Below, piece after piece: positions 20,967 through 31,132 of a stretch of 64,000 nucleotides of DNA. The DNA is taken from IMG/VR virus record IMGVR_UViG_3300042922_001473. One strand, 5' to 3'. Numbering within the stretch: position 1 is the stretch's first letter; each line of letters opens with the position of its first letter. The position numbers and the translations under genes are program-made. The DNA comes from a virus (taxonomy: Duplodnaviria > Caudoviricetes). The notes under the pieces were generated by a model. It ran no database searches and had not been told where the DNA came from. It saw only the letters and a list, made by a program, of their open reading frames with translations.

Positions 20967-21236
20967 TTAATCTAAACTGCCCACATAAAACCATGAACAC
21001 TCTAATGATTCATCATCTTCAAAAGATAAACGGTAAAGTTCCAAATCCGATTTAAATGAACCTTCTCTTCTAACTCCAAGAAGTTCAAGTTTATTTGTTT
21101 CAGTATTATAAGAAATAAAAACTGCACTGTAATTGTCAACATTAATATTTTTATTTAAAACCCTAAAATCATCTACTTTAATTACTTTTATATAATTTGA
21201 GTATTTATAACTGATTTTATTTTCCATATCTAACAA
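20967..21236 (-). CDS. hypothetical protein (paralog of 18938..19192)
   Basis: AAGGAG RBS; shared motif. Confidence 0.6.
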   Translation of the reverse strand: MLDMENKISYKYSNYIKVIKVDDFRVLNKNINVDNYSAVFISYNTETNKLELLGVRREGSFKSDLELYRLSFEDDESLECSWFYVGSLD

Positions 21237-21256
21237 TCTCCTTATTCTATTTGTTT

Positions 21257-21667
21257 TTATTTTGCGTAATAAATCAAATCTGGCTCAACTCCAATTATTG
21301 AATAACTGCAATTACTAATAGCGTCATTCCCATAATATTTGGGCACGAAAATTCTCCAACCTTCATATATACTCCCGTCTATATCCAAGTTTTCTATTTC
21401 TTGTAGTCTCAACTTTGCTTGTTCAGATTCACGAATATAATCCCATGCAATTTGAGTTGCCATATCCAGGGATATTTTGAATGGATATCGTGTAAACCCG
21501 TTATAATTATCTTCGTTTTTAGGCATCCATGCAAATATTAGCCTATTTTCATCATATTTGAATCCACTAATTTCATAATCGGATAACTTCAAAGCACATT
21601 CTATTGCTGTTTTAAGGTCTTCTTTTGTTTTCCCATTTATTTCAAATTTCTGTTCACTACTAAACAT
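21257..21667 (-). CDS. hypothetical phage-type protein
   Basis: GGGAGG RBS; DIDGS...GWR...Y.K. Confidence 0.65.
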   Translation of the reverse strand: MFSSEQKFEINGKTKEDLKTAIECALKLSDYEISGFKYDENRLIFAWMPKNEDNYNGFTRYPFKISLDMATQIAWDYIRESEQAKLRLQEIENLDIDGSIYEGWRIFVPKYYGNDAISNCSYSIIGVEPDLIYYAK

Positions 21668-21690
21668 TATGTATCCTCCCTTTGTTTGTT

Positions 21691-21906
21691 TTAATCTAAT
21701 ATTTCAATATTAATCTTTACTTTTTTACCATTAATTGTATTAGGAATATTTTTAAATTCTAATATTTCATCTATTGCTAATGAGATGCTGGAAGAATAAT
21801 GTTTATCTTCAAGAATAATATTCTTATCATTTTCTTCAACTAAAAAGCCCCAGAGATTATTTGCTTTATCAATTAAAATCTGTTTACCTATTAACTCGAT
21901 TCTCAT
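21691..21906 (-). CDS. hypothetical protein
   Basis: AGGAG RBS. Confidence 0.6.
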   Translation of the reverse strand: MRIELIGKQILIDKANNLWGFLVEENDKNIILEDKHYSSSISLAIDEILEFKNIPNTINGKKVKINIEILD

Positions 21907-21922
21907 ATATAATACTCCTACT

Positions 21923-22201
21923 TTATTTTTTTAGATTTTTTTCTATGAAAGCTTTATCATATTCTTTATCTCCAGGTTCAAGTATTTTGATTTCTCCTAA
22001 TTTTAAAGAAATATAATTTTCTCTTGCACCTCCAAATTCATCATTCATTTGGATATCTACTGTTTCGGCAATACCATTTATATTTTTTTTATGAAATAAG
22101 CCTTTAGCAGTTCGTATTGTATGTCCATAATGTTCTTTACCTTCTAAGTAATCACCATATTTAATTTGTTTAATATCTTCTATAGTTTTTAAAATTTTCA
22201 T
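21923..22201 (-). CDS. hypothetical protein
   Basis: GGAG RBS; TTGACG-N17-TATAAT promoter upstream. Confidence 0.6.
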   Translation of the reverse strand: MKILKTIEDIKQIKYGDYLEGKEHYGHTIRTAKGLFHKKNINGIAETVDIQMNDEFGGARENYISLKLGEIKILEPGDKEYDKAFIEKNLKK

Positions 22202-22438
22202 GAATTAATCTCCAATTCGGTTTTTATATTTACTGTTTTTATTTATTATTATACCATATTTCTCGTATTTCGTCAATTTTAATTTACTTTATAGGTCTTT
22301 TTTGCCAATATCAATTTATTACAATTTGTATAAATAGTAAATATAAAAATTTCATCATATAATATTATATATTTTATTAAAACAGGAGTTTATTTTAATA
22401 AACAAATTAATTACATAAAAATCGAAAGGAAACTTAAA

Positions 22439-22891
22439 ATGAATACAATGGCAGAAGCATTAAGTAAAGCAAATATTAAGGCGAATGATTTTGAAGATAG
22501 AAAAATTGATGAAAAATCAATTAAACTGGACATGGAAATAGAATTTCTGGAAAAGTGGTGTAAATTACTTCAAAGAAATGCATCCGAAAAGGAAAAACAT
22601 AATTTTGTTATAAACCATGGTTTTGTATCAGTTAAACAATTTTCGTTATATATGGCATGTATGGATGACGTACATAATTTAAAAGAAAAATTGGAAGATA
22701 TTCGAAATGATATTTCAAATTATGAGATAGCAAGAAGAGAAAAAGAAATTGCTAAAAAAATGTCAATGGCTGAACAGATTAAAGATGAACTCTATTATAG
22801 GTTTGTGCTAAGAACCCTTGGACAACAGGATATTACCCCCTATGGTGAAAATATTTTAAAAAGAAAAATGCATTATAAAAAAGCAGAGTAA
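22439..22891 (+). CDS. hypothetical protein
   Basis: 150 aa, AAGGA RBS, terminator at about 22932-22962. Confidence 0.65.
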   Translation: MNTMAEALSKANIKANDFEDRKIDEKSIKLDMEIEFLEKWCKLLQRNASEKEKHNFVINHGFVSVKQFSLYMACMDDVHNLKEKLEDIRNDISNYEIARREKEIAKKMSMAEQIKDELYYRFVLRTLGQQDITPYGENILKRKMHYKKAE

Positions 22892-23196
22892 TTGAGGTAC
22901 AAACTCAACAAATTTTGTTATAATCACAAGTAAAAGACTATGATTCTTATAGTCTTTTTTTTGCTAATATTGCTATATTTCTTGTCATTTTATTAGAAAT
23001 TCAATAAAAATGACAAGAATATTTTCGCTATTAATAATTTTATTAACATTGTGAAAACCGTTGTGATTTTGCATGTGATTCTGATGTTATTTTCTAAATA
23101 ATTTATGTATAATATAGAGTAATTTATAATTGAGGGGTTCATTAATTAATGAACATACTGAGAATATTATATTCAAACTAAAGGAGGAATAAAGAA

Positions 23197-23370
23197 ATGT
23201 CTAAATGTAAATTAGTTCTTGATATTAATGAGGAAGAAGTTATAGCCGATTCATTAGAGGATGAAAATTGGCAAACTGGGGATAGATTAGTTCATGAAGA
23301 CACAGTTTTTCTTATTTTAGATTTCATAATTATTAATAATGTAAAAATTTACAGAGTGAAAATTAAGTAA
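23197..23370 (+). CDS. small hypothetical protein (57 aa)
   Basis: AAGGAGG RBS; not in ORF track. Confidence 0.55.
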   Translation: MSKCKLVLDINEEEVIADSLEDENWQTGDRLVHEDTVFLILDFIIINNVKIYRVKIK

Positions 23371-23739
23371 ATTAAATTTGTAAATCAGCGTTTTAGCATG
23401 TAATTTTATGTGTGAATTTTAAATGGACAACAACTTGTTAAAATAAAAAAGCATAAGGTTTAACATAACGTGTTCATTTTTGAGGTGCAAAAAGTAAAAT
23501 AGCATTAAATTTCACAGTAAAAATCGCAGACAATTTCACATCTGCGATTTTTCTTTATTTATCTATGCTTTCAGCCGTTTTTAAATTAAAAAATAATAAA
23601 AATCACAGGCATTTTCGCAATAGATTTCACGATGCGAATAAACTTATTATCGTTGTGATTTCCTATGTGATTTAGTATGTGATTTTTATCAAAAATGCAG
23701 AGGACAAACGTACTGTCCCCTGCTAAAGTTTATTTTAAT

Positions 23740-23919
23740 CTACTTATACTTTCTAAAATATGTTGTAATTTTCTGCCCATTTAAAGGTGACTTATTCCAT
23801 TCAACTTCACGATTAAATCCGAACTTCTCAAAGCACTCACTAAAAGTCATATTGAAATGTTCTTGAACTATCTTACTTTCAATCCATTCATTTCTATCCC
23901 ATGCTTCTTTATCAAACAT
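23740..23919 (-). CDS. small hypothetical protein (59 aa)
   Basis: AAGGAG RBS, MFDKEAWDRNEW...; not in ORF track. Confidence 0.55.
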   Translation of the reverse strand: MFDKEAWDRNEWIESKIVQEHFNMTFSECFEKFGFNREVEWNKSPLNGQKITTYFRKYK

Positions 23920-23948
23920 TTATTTCACTCCTTTAAATTTAATTTATT

Positions 23949-24075
23949 CCTGCCAAAATGTTCAAAATAGAACTACATTGTTTTGATTTGCATTATATCA
24001 TATGCATCAATTATTTACTTATAATGTATAACGAAAATTGATGTGAAAACCGTTGTGAATTTTGTGGTGCTTTTG
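23949..24075 (-). repeat. about 127-bp leader/promoter module, inverted copy at 61871..61997
   Basis: shared cctg..aa.atgttc...at.gaactacatt...tatgcatcaattattt..ttataatgt...ttgatgt.aaaacc..tgtgaa.ttt. Confidence 0.75.
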
Positions 24076-24200
24076 TCAAAATATTGATTTAAAACACAAG
24101 CAAATTCACAGCCGAATTAACAATGAATAGCAGAAGAAAAGACTCACTCAAAAAACATAATTTTGAGTGAGTCTTTTACATATCATTTTTGTTATGTAAA

Positions 24201-24458
24201 TCAAATTATTGATTTATTCGGTTTTAATAATTTTGAATATCTTAATAACCATACTTTTGCAGATTCTGCACTACTTTTAGTTAATTGATTGTTTTTTTCG
24301 TTATTTTTATAAAGATTAACTTCGTGTTGTATGTGATAGTAAATATCCGAAAAGGTTTTTTCATTATCATTATTTCTAATTCTAAATGCTTTTATTCTTC
24401 TTGCCTGTTTTAACGCTTGTTTTTCTTTTTCTGTTAATATCATTTTTTTACCCTCCAA
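24201..24458 (-). CDS. hypothetical protein
   Basis: GGAGG before the internal ATG (MILTEK). Confidence 0.55.
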   Translation of the reverse strand: MEGKKMILTEKEKQALKQARRIKAFRIRNNDNEKTFSDIYYHIQHEVNLYKNNEKNNQLTKSSAESAKVWLLRYSKLLKPNKSII

Positions 24459-24837
24459 TATTTATCAATGTTATATTTGATGCATATTTTACTTAAAGTG
24501 TCTATCAGAGACTCCTTATCTAAGTTTTTATATTATATACTTTGTGTAATTGTATCATAACAATAGATATAATTCACATGCAAATTCACAAGATAATTCA
24601 CAGCGTTAATATATTTATTAACAGTGCGATTTTGTATGTGAATTATACTTGAGTTCATAACATAATACTTCTATAAGCATTGCAATATAAAGAAATCACA
24701 AGCTTTTTTATACCTGTGATTTCTTGTGTAAATTCAGTTAATATTTTCGTTGATACACTCCAAAACAAAACCCGTTAGGTTTATCACCTTATGCTTTTTT
24801 ATTTTTTAGTTTATTTTGCTTACATTCTAAAGACTGT

Positions 24838-25920
24838 TTAATCATTGTATCTATATCTATCTACTGTCATTTCATTTATTAGCATTATTAAATTTTTAGC
24901 CTTATCTGTATCTATATCATCTCTTAAAGACGAATTATCAAAGGCATAATTCATTTCTTTAACTAAGTCTTCATAAAATTTAAAAATATCCGTAATAGCA
25001 TATTTTTCGCTTCTAATATCAGTTAAAAATTCAAAATCACCAGATTCTTTTCTGGATGTAATAATACCTTTCCCATATAATATTTCAGTACACATTTTAA
25101 TCAATTTGATTATATACATAGAGGGTTTAAACAAATCATCTTCATTTTTCTTTTCATTTTTCTTTTTATTCCCTATTTTATTATATCTATTTACAACACA
25201 ATTAGCTGAACTTAACAAAGCTTCTAAATCTTTTAAAGGATACTTAGTAAAATTTGCATCAACAAATACTTCATTTTGAATGTCATCCCGTAATGATTTA
25301 TCAATATATAGCTTAATATCTTCACCTATTTTAAGTTTTTGGCTTGCTTTATTCATTGTGTCTTTTAATGTTTTCATTACAGATTCAAGCATTCTTTCTT
25401 CTTTGGCAAATTGCGATATATTGTTCTTATTAAGAGCTTTTTGAATCAGGTGAAACTGACTTTCTGCATATTTTCCAAAAGTGAAAATAACCTTTTTAGT
25501 TAAAAATATGTCGATATTGTCTCTTAATAGCTTACTTTCTGGCGTTTCTAAAAAAATTTTCTCATTTGAAACACCCATCAAATCAAGTATAGTTGGATTA
25601 GCATTGTACAGTAACTCTGCATATTTGTTGAAATAGTAGATAGTTGTATCTGTTTCAACATCTACCACTTGTTCTTTTTGATTGTCTTTAAGAAAAAGTA
25701 AATTTGACTTAGGATTAAAACTAATTCCTCGAAAATCTACATCGGAAGGTTTTTCTCCATCTCTTAATTCAATCTTATTCGTATCGTAGGCATAGCTACC
25801 ACCTAAGCACAAATACATTAAGCCTAAAGGAAAATTTTCTTTATCTCTTAAAAAATCATAATCAGACGTTATTAATAAATCCTCAAATTCTTTTCTTGTT
25901 TTAAATATTTTATCTATCAT
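24838..25920 (-). CDS. DNA polymerase beta superfamily nucleotidyltransferase
   Basis: GGSYAY.TN...SDVDFRG, NANP..LD signature. Confidence 0.85.
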   Translation of the reverse strand: MIDKIFKTRKEFEDLLITSDYDFLRDKENFPLGLMYLCLGGSYAYDTNKIELRDGEKPSDVDFRGISFNPKSNLLFLKDNQKEQVVDVETDTTIYYFNKYAELLYNANPTILDLMGVSNEKIFLETPESKLLRDNIDIFLTKKVIFTFGKYAESQFHLIQKALNKNNISQFAKEERMLESVMKTLKDTMNKASQKLKIGEDIKLYIDKSLRDDIQNEVFVDANFTKYPLKDLEALLSSANCVVNRYNKIGNKKKNEKKNEDDLFKPSMYIIKLIKMCTEILYGKGIITSRKESGDFEFLTDIRSEKYAITDIFKFYEDLVKEMNYAFDNSSLRDDIDTDKAKNLIMLINEMTVDRYRYND

Positions 25921-25937
25921 AATTGATATGTCTCCCT

Positions 25938-26855
25938 TTATTTAATTCCTGGTAATTTATATATAGTTACTGGGTAATCGTTAAATACCTTTTTTATTAT
26001 AGTAAGAACTTCATTCCAATCTCCACCTGCTAATCCACATCCTAACTGATATGGTAGTCCAACAGATAAATTATTAGCCATAGCATATTCCTTTAATGAA
26101 ACCAGGCTTTTATTTAAAGCAATCATTCTTTCTTCTTTACTATCGGGAGAACCCTTACCTACTCCTATACCTATTTGACCAAATAAATTAGCAATATACT
26201 TTTTACTATTTACTTCTGTCTCTACTATCTGGCATTGTCCAAATAAAAGATTAGGGCTTATGCTTTTACATAATTTTTGATATTCGAAAAATACATGTGG
26301 GTATGTATTTCTTATCTGTAAAGCCAATCCTGCACCCATTAATCCAAGACCGTTTGTTTGATGACCTTTAATATCAGCATTAGCTTTTAATAAATCCCCT
26401 ACTTCCTCTTTTACATAATCTTGTTTGCTTAATAACTTTATAAACTCATTACACTCTTTCATTAAAGAAACTCTTCCCTCTTTAACATATTTTTTTATCA
26501 CATTAGCTTGTGAGTTTATGCTTTTACCACTAAACATATCTTTAAAGTCGTCAAACTCTGAAGCATATTTAACAAGAGAAGGCATTGAATCAAGATACTT
26601 TGCCCATAATAACGCATAAAAACTTGAAAGATATTTAGTTTCAAATTTTATATCATTAACAACAAAACAAACTGGCGTTTTCCCCTTGGAATCTTTCCAT
26701 GTTAAAGGCACGATAATATTTCCATTACTATCTTTAAATCTTTTAGATAATTGATAATGATTTTCTATACTATCAAATTTATCAAACACTTTAACTTTAG
26801 CGTAAAATGCTGAAAATCTTTTATCACCTTTGCTTGAACATTCTAAAGTTTTCAT
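25938..26855 (-). CDS. NADAR-like domain fused to DarG/TARG1-type macrodomain
   Basis: N-terminal LECSSKGDKRFSAF...SIENHYQ..K; C-terminal GDLL..GHQTN..GLMGAGLA...YIANLFGQ...LGCGLAGGDW. Confidence 0.8.
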   Translation of the reverse strand: MKTLECSSKGDKRFSAFYAKVKVFDKFDSIENHYQLSKRFKDSNGNIIVPLTWKDSKGKTPVCFVVNDIKFETKYLSSFYALLWAKYLDSMPSLVKYASEFDDFKDMFSGKSINSQANVIKKYVKEGRVSLMKECNEFIKLLSKQDYVKEEVGDLLKANADIKGHQTNGLGLMGAGLALQIRNTYPHVFFEYQKLCKSISPNLLFGQCQIVETEVNSKKYIANLFGQIGIGVGKGSPDSKEERMIALNKSLVSLKEYAMANNLSVGLPYQLGCGLAGGDWNEVLTIIKKVFNDYPVTIYKLPGIK

Positions 26856-26999
26856 TTTATCCTCCTTATATAAATGTTATTTACCTTTTTTATATTTTTT
26901 ATATTATAGTTTGCAAGTCTTAAAAAAATAAGCAGAATCATTAAAGACTCTGCTTGTATATTATATTCACATATGGTATAAGAATTTAATTATTGAAAG

Positions 27000-27182
27000 T
27001 TAAAACACCTGTATATCTATAACTCCTTTTTTTGATGCTCCAATGCTTCTTACTTTCATTTCTAATATCTTTATTGGTATATTATTCTTGTCTCCTTTGT
27101 AAATATCTTCAAACTCTTCATTATTTGTTTTATATATAATTATTTTATCAAATATTATGTCAATTAACTCTTCAACTTTCAT
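27000..27182 (-). CDS. hypothetical protein
   Basis: 60 aa, GAGG RBS. Confidence 0.55.
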   Translation of the reverse strand: MKVEELIDIIFDKIIIYKTNNEEFEDIYKGDKNNIPIKILEMKVRSIGASKKGVIDIQVF

Positions 27183-27200
27183 GTATTTGCCTCATAATAC

Positions 27201-27512
27201 TTAAATTTCTCTTTCCATTTTACTCATTAATAATATAGTGATATTGTTTTCAATAATATCTTTAGGTATTATTCCAAATTTAACTTCTTCATGATTTTCA
27301 CTATCATATTTTCTTGCTATAAGCTTAATTTCTTCATTACTTGAAAGTAGTTTTGCTATTTCGGAAGAATATATGGAAATATTACAATCTAATTTTACTT
27401 TGATTTCTTTAATCATATCTTTTATATCGAATTCAGATATTCCATTAAATTCCGAATCATTTAATGTGTAAACAATATCTTTTGGCTTGCTTTCATTTGT
27501 ATTTAATTCCAA
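27201..27512 (-). CDS. hypothetical protein
   Basis: TTG start after GGAGG. Confidence 0.55.
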   Translation of the reverse strand: MELNTNESKPKDIVYTLNDSEFNGISEFDIKDMIKEIKVKLDCNISIYSSEIAKLLSSNEEIKLIARKYDSENHEEVKFGIIPKDIIENNITILLMSKMEREI

Positions 27513-27528
27513 TTTAATTATCCTCCGT

Positions 27529-27792
27529 TTATTGTGGTTCAGCTTTACAAAAAAAATAAATTTCATCATCACTTACATCTGAAAATGTAGCATTATACCT
27601 TCTGGCAGTGAATATCCAAGAATCGGAAAAATCTACTCCATGTCTTTTCATTGACTCTTTTAAATCCATTATCGCCTCATTCTTTGCGTCTTTGCAGAAT
27701 CCAAATATTCTTTTAGTGCATTTCACAACATTTCCATGTTGGTTTTCTACAATAATCAGACCGCCATAAAGTCTATCCATTCCCATAATCAC
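27529..27792 (-). CDS. hypothetical protein
   Basis: GAGGT RBS. Confidence 0.55.
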   Translation of the reverse strand: MIMGMDRLYGGLIIVENQHGNVVKCTKRIFGFCKDAKNEAIMDLKESMKRHGVDFSDSWIFTARRYNATFSDVSDDEIYFFCKAEPQ

Positions 27793-27848
27793 CTACCTCA
27801 TTAAATATTAATTTGATGTCACAACTAAATTCTAATGTCCGTTTTTTA

Positions 27849-28130
27849 TCAATCATTTATTTCATTAATTCTACTCGTTCTTCTTATTCTTTCATTATTC
27901 TTATTCGCCTCATTGCTTTGATTAATTTTAATAATTTCAAATTCTTCTCTACTATAATCATTTTTTATATTATTATCATGATTTAATATAGCTTTAGAGT
28001 GTTTAAAAGAATAATTAAATAATACCCTCAATATCTTATATGTAATCTTCATTAAAGAATTAAATAATGAACAAAATATTATTGTAATAGTTGCAAATAT
28101 ATTTCCTAATATAAATCCAAATCCAAACAT
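27849..28130 (-). CDS. hypothetical membrane protein
   Basis: AGGAGG RBS, N-terminal TM segment. Confidence 0.6.
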   Translation of the reverse strand: MFGFGFILGNIFATITIIFCSLFNSLMKITYKILRVLFNYSFKHSKAILNHDNNIKNDYSREEFEIIKINQSNEANKNNERIRRTSRINEIND

Positions 28131-28208
28131 ATTTTAACCTCCTACTTCTCTATATTCTTATAATATCATTTTTTAAGTAATTTGTCAATTATATTTTACA
28201 TTTTAGAT

Positions 28209-28236
28209 TTACAAATTATTTTTATTGTGGTATAAT
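28209..28236 (+). promoter_or_regulatory. sigmaA-type promoter with extended -10
   Basis: TTTACA...TGTGGTATAAT; similar promoters at about 4030, 22250, 34685, 40555, 52390, 56600 (minus strand). Confidence 0.6.
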
Positions 28237-28276
28237 ATAATTACAGAAATTAATTTAGTTATTATTAGGAGACTTT

Positions 28277-29668
28277 ATGAACATTCAAGATGTATTTAAA
28301 AATGCAAAAGCACAAATTAGCTTTAATGAATTAATTAAAATAGATAAAGACAATTACGATTCAGTAGTAGATATATTCCCTGGTCTTGGCAATCTTACTT
28401 ATGAAGAAATAAAACAAAGTTTTGATAATCAGAAGCTTAACCCAGACAATATATATTATTGTTTAAATTCAATATATCCATTTTGGTATATAGAAGGTCA
28501 TTGTCAAATTTCAATACATTTGTCTAAAGGTGATATTGAAGATATTTTCGAATTTTTGAAGATTAAGGAAACTTTAGATGTAAGAAATAAATTTTTACAG
28601 GAATATTGGGAGAAAAAAGAATATCTCAGCTATTTTTCTCTTGTAACACCACAATTTAATTTTGCTTTATTTCAAGAAAAGATAAATGAACTCCCCAATA
28701 ATATGCTATATGATATTTTTCTAATGCTTTACACAAGTAGTGATTATGGATTTAAAGATATTCCAGAAAACATCATTAGAAAAATATTTCAAAGTAAATT
28801 AGATAGAAATATGTTAACTAATGAAATGTTAATTAATAATTTGCCTCTTGATGAAAATGGTAATGTTATAATCTATAGAGGTATGGCAAGCGAATCATCC
28901 CCCATAGATAAAGCATTTTCGTGGACAACAAATATAAATACTGCCATTACCTTTGCAGTTAGATTTAGTACCGAAAAGTCAGTAATATACAAAGCCACAG
29001 TATCAATTAACAATATAATTGATTATATTGAAGAACCTGAAAGTGAAGTTTTAGTATTTCCTGAGCACATTATTTCTCCTCAAATTATTAATTCATACTC
29101 ATTAAAAGACTTAATAGATAGTAAAGAATTCGATAAGTACTTAGAATTTTGGAAGTACAAAAATTATACTATAACAAATAGCCCTGAATTATACGCTAAT
29201 GAACCTCATGGAATACTTCATGCCAAAAGAGTTACCTTCCTAACAGTAATATATAGCTATTTCATGAAATTAGACTACGCTGATATGAATATACTTGCTT
29301 GTGCAGGAGCTTGGCATGATATAGGAAGAAATAATGATAGAGATGATAATATACATGGTAGAAAAAGTGTAAGCAAAATAAAAAACTTAAAATTAGATAA
29401 AAATATGGAATTGGATAAAAAAGATAAAAGCATTTTATATGCCATTATATTAAATCACTGCATAGACGATAATATTGGTATCAAAAGCATTTTAGATGAT
29501 AAAAATATCATTGATAAAGAAAAAGCTGTTAGCTTATATAAGATATTTAAAGACTGTGATGCTCTTGATAGAATTAGGATAAAAGACCTTGATTTAAAGT
29601 ATCTAAGAAATGATATATCAAATAAATTAATAATAGTAGCTGGCCAATTATATCAAACAATGAAGTAA
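28277..29668 (+). CDS. ADP-ribosyltransferase-like domain fused to HD phosphohydrolase
   Basis: IYRG...FSWTT...ESEVLV (R-S-E); HGILHAKRV...WHDIGR...HG...NH...DCDALDR. Confidence 0.7.
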   Translation: MNIQDVFKNAKAQISFNELIKIDKDNYDSVVDIFPGLGNLTYEEIKQSFDNQKLNPDNIYYCLNSIYPFWYIEGHCQISIHLSKGDIEDIFEFLKIKETLDVRNKFLQEYWEKKEYLSYFSLVTPQFNFALFQEKINELPNNMLYDIFLMLYTSSDYGFKDIPENIIRKIFQSKLDRNMLTNEMLINNLPLDENGNVIIYRGMASESSPIDKAFSWTTNINTAITFAVRFSTEKSVIYKATVSINNIIDYIEEPESEVLVFPEHIISPQIINSYSLKDLIDSKEFDKYLEFWKYKNYTITNSPELYANEPHGILHAKRVTFLTVIYSYFMKLDYADMNILACAGAWHDIGRNNDRDDNIHGRKSVSKIKNLKLDKNMELDKKDKSILYAIILNHCIDDNIGIKSILDDKNIIDKEKAVSLYKIFKDCDALDRIRIKDLDLKYLRNDISNKLIIVAGQLYQTMK

Positions 29669-29751
29669 ATAAAAAGCAACTTATGTAAAACATAAGTTGC
29701 TTTTTTAATATATTGCAAGTTTTAAATGTTGGTCGATTTATTTTAGTATCT

Positions 29752-29934
29752 TTAATCTTTTTCAATAACAATATATGCTTGTGTTCTGGAATCGCTTTTT
29801 ACCACATTAAATGCAACTATATGCTTGACTTTCCACCCTTCTTCCAAATATTTATTTACTTCGTTTAAACCGTCGTTTACCCTTGAACTTGATACTTCTT
29901 CACTTCTAACCCATATAACTTTTTCCATTATCAC
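29752..29934 (-). CDS. hypothetical protein
   Basis: 60 aa, VNKYLEEGWKV. Confidence 0.55.
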   Translation of the reverse strand: MIMEKVIWVRSEEVSSSRVNDGLNEVNKYLEEGWKVKHIVAFNVVKSDSRTQAYIVIEKD

Positions 29935-29970
29935 CCATCCTTTTACATAATTTTATCACAATACGAATTA

Positions 29971-30783
29971 TCATACCATAACTTCTTCTGATACTTTATA
30001 AATTTCAATTATATCACTTTTAGGAACTTTACAATAATTGTCAATCAATGGTTCATTACCTTCGTAATGTTCATAATTTCTATCGTTTAATAAATTCTTA
30101 CTTAAAATATAGTAATCGCCTTTATCATAATATATATTATCTAATGGATTTTCAAATCTATCATCCCATGTATTTGTTATTCGAATTATATTCCCATCAA
30201 CAAACTTCATATACCAATTATGTAATATATGCTTATATGTTCTTTTTTCTGATTTAATTAAAATATTATAAGATGCCAAATACTTCTCTGTTTTTCCATA
30301 ATATAAAAGATATAAGCCATCGCAATAATTAACCCATTCTTCGTTTGTACCAAACTTAGGTAGCCAATAACATTCTATTTCTGGTTTATATTCATTAATT
30401 TCACCTGTCAATGAATACTTTAAATACATTTTAAGTATCGCTCTTGATTTATCAGCACAACACGAATTTCCTTCTCTTAATACACATAAATTTCTAATAT
30501 TTTGTTCTAAAAAATTATAATTCAAATAGATAAAATTAGGTTTATTTGTATCTTTTATTTCTAATGAAGGTAAATCATGTATCCCATTTGCAAGAGAGTT
30601 CAGTCCCCTATTAAATTTACTTATAATCATACTATTAAAACTCTCTGGATTGGAAAAATTATATCCAGAGTTTTTTAAGCTTTCCAAAGAATCCATAATT
30701 AGTCTTCCGAATTTTTCATTATCTTCTTTAATAATAGAATCAAACATACCTTTAATACATTCTTCTAATTTTTCTTTATTCAA
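29971..30783 (-). CDS. hypothetical protein
   Basis: TTG start after GAGGGGG, coupled to the upstream gene. Confidence 0.65.
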   Translation of the reverse strand: MNKEKLEECIKGMFDSIIKEDNEKFGRLIMDSLESLKNSGYNFSNPESFNSMIISKFNRGLNSLANGIHDLPSLEIKDTNKPNFIYLNYNFLEQNIRNLCVLREGNSCCADKSRAILKMYLKYSLTGEINEYKPEIECYWLPKFGTNEEWVNYCDGLYLLYYGKTEKYLASYNILIKSEKRTYKHILHNWYMKFVDGNIIRITNTWDDRFENPLDNIYYDKGDYYILSKNLLNDRNYEHYEGNEPLIDNYCKVPKSDIIEIYKVSEEVMV

Positions 30784-30784
30784 T

Positions 30785-31132
30785 CTAATCCCCCTCTTTA
30801 TTACTTTTATTCTTTTCATACATTTTATTTTCAATATCCCGTTGTTCGTCAAGATAATTTCTGCCTGGAACAATTTCGAAGTATTCCTCAAGTTGAGATT
30901 CATTAATAACTAAAACCTCAAATCCATGTGGAGCTTCTCCGAATTCTTCCCCATATGGATGTGTTTGTAATGGTTGCATCACAAACATATCTATATTCTT
31001 AGAATCTATACTGTGACCAAAGTCGGTACATATCCAATCACTATCTTGATGCATATATGTAATTGCATTAATTTGGTCATTTGCTTTTTCTTTTTTTACC
31101 TTATATACGGTTGTCCACTTTTTGCATTCCAC
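30785..31132 (-). CDS. hypothetical protein
   Basis: AGGAGG RBS. Confidence 0.65.
   Translation of the reverse strand: MECKKWTTVYKVKKEKANDQINAITYMHQDSDWICTDFGHSIDSKNIDMFVMQPLQTHPYGEEFGEAPHGFEVLVINESQLEEYFEIVPGRNYLDEQRDIENKMYEKNKSNKEGD

Larger units (their letters stand above)
23049..24735. repeat. cluster of about 10 short arrays (mostly triads) of TGTGAWTT at 12-bp period, in both orientations
   Basis: e.g. 23653 ttgtgatttcct-atgtgatttagt-atgtgattttta; 24571 aattcacatgca-aattcacaagat-aattcacagcgt. Confidence 0.75.

Noticed and set aside
23049-24735. CRISPR array
   Set aside because: Units are 8-bp cores at 12-bp period in both orientations, with no 25-45 bp repeats or unique spacers, and no cas genes.
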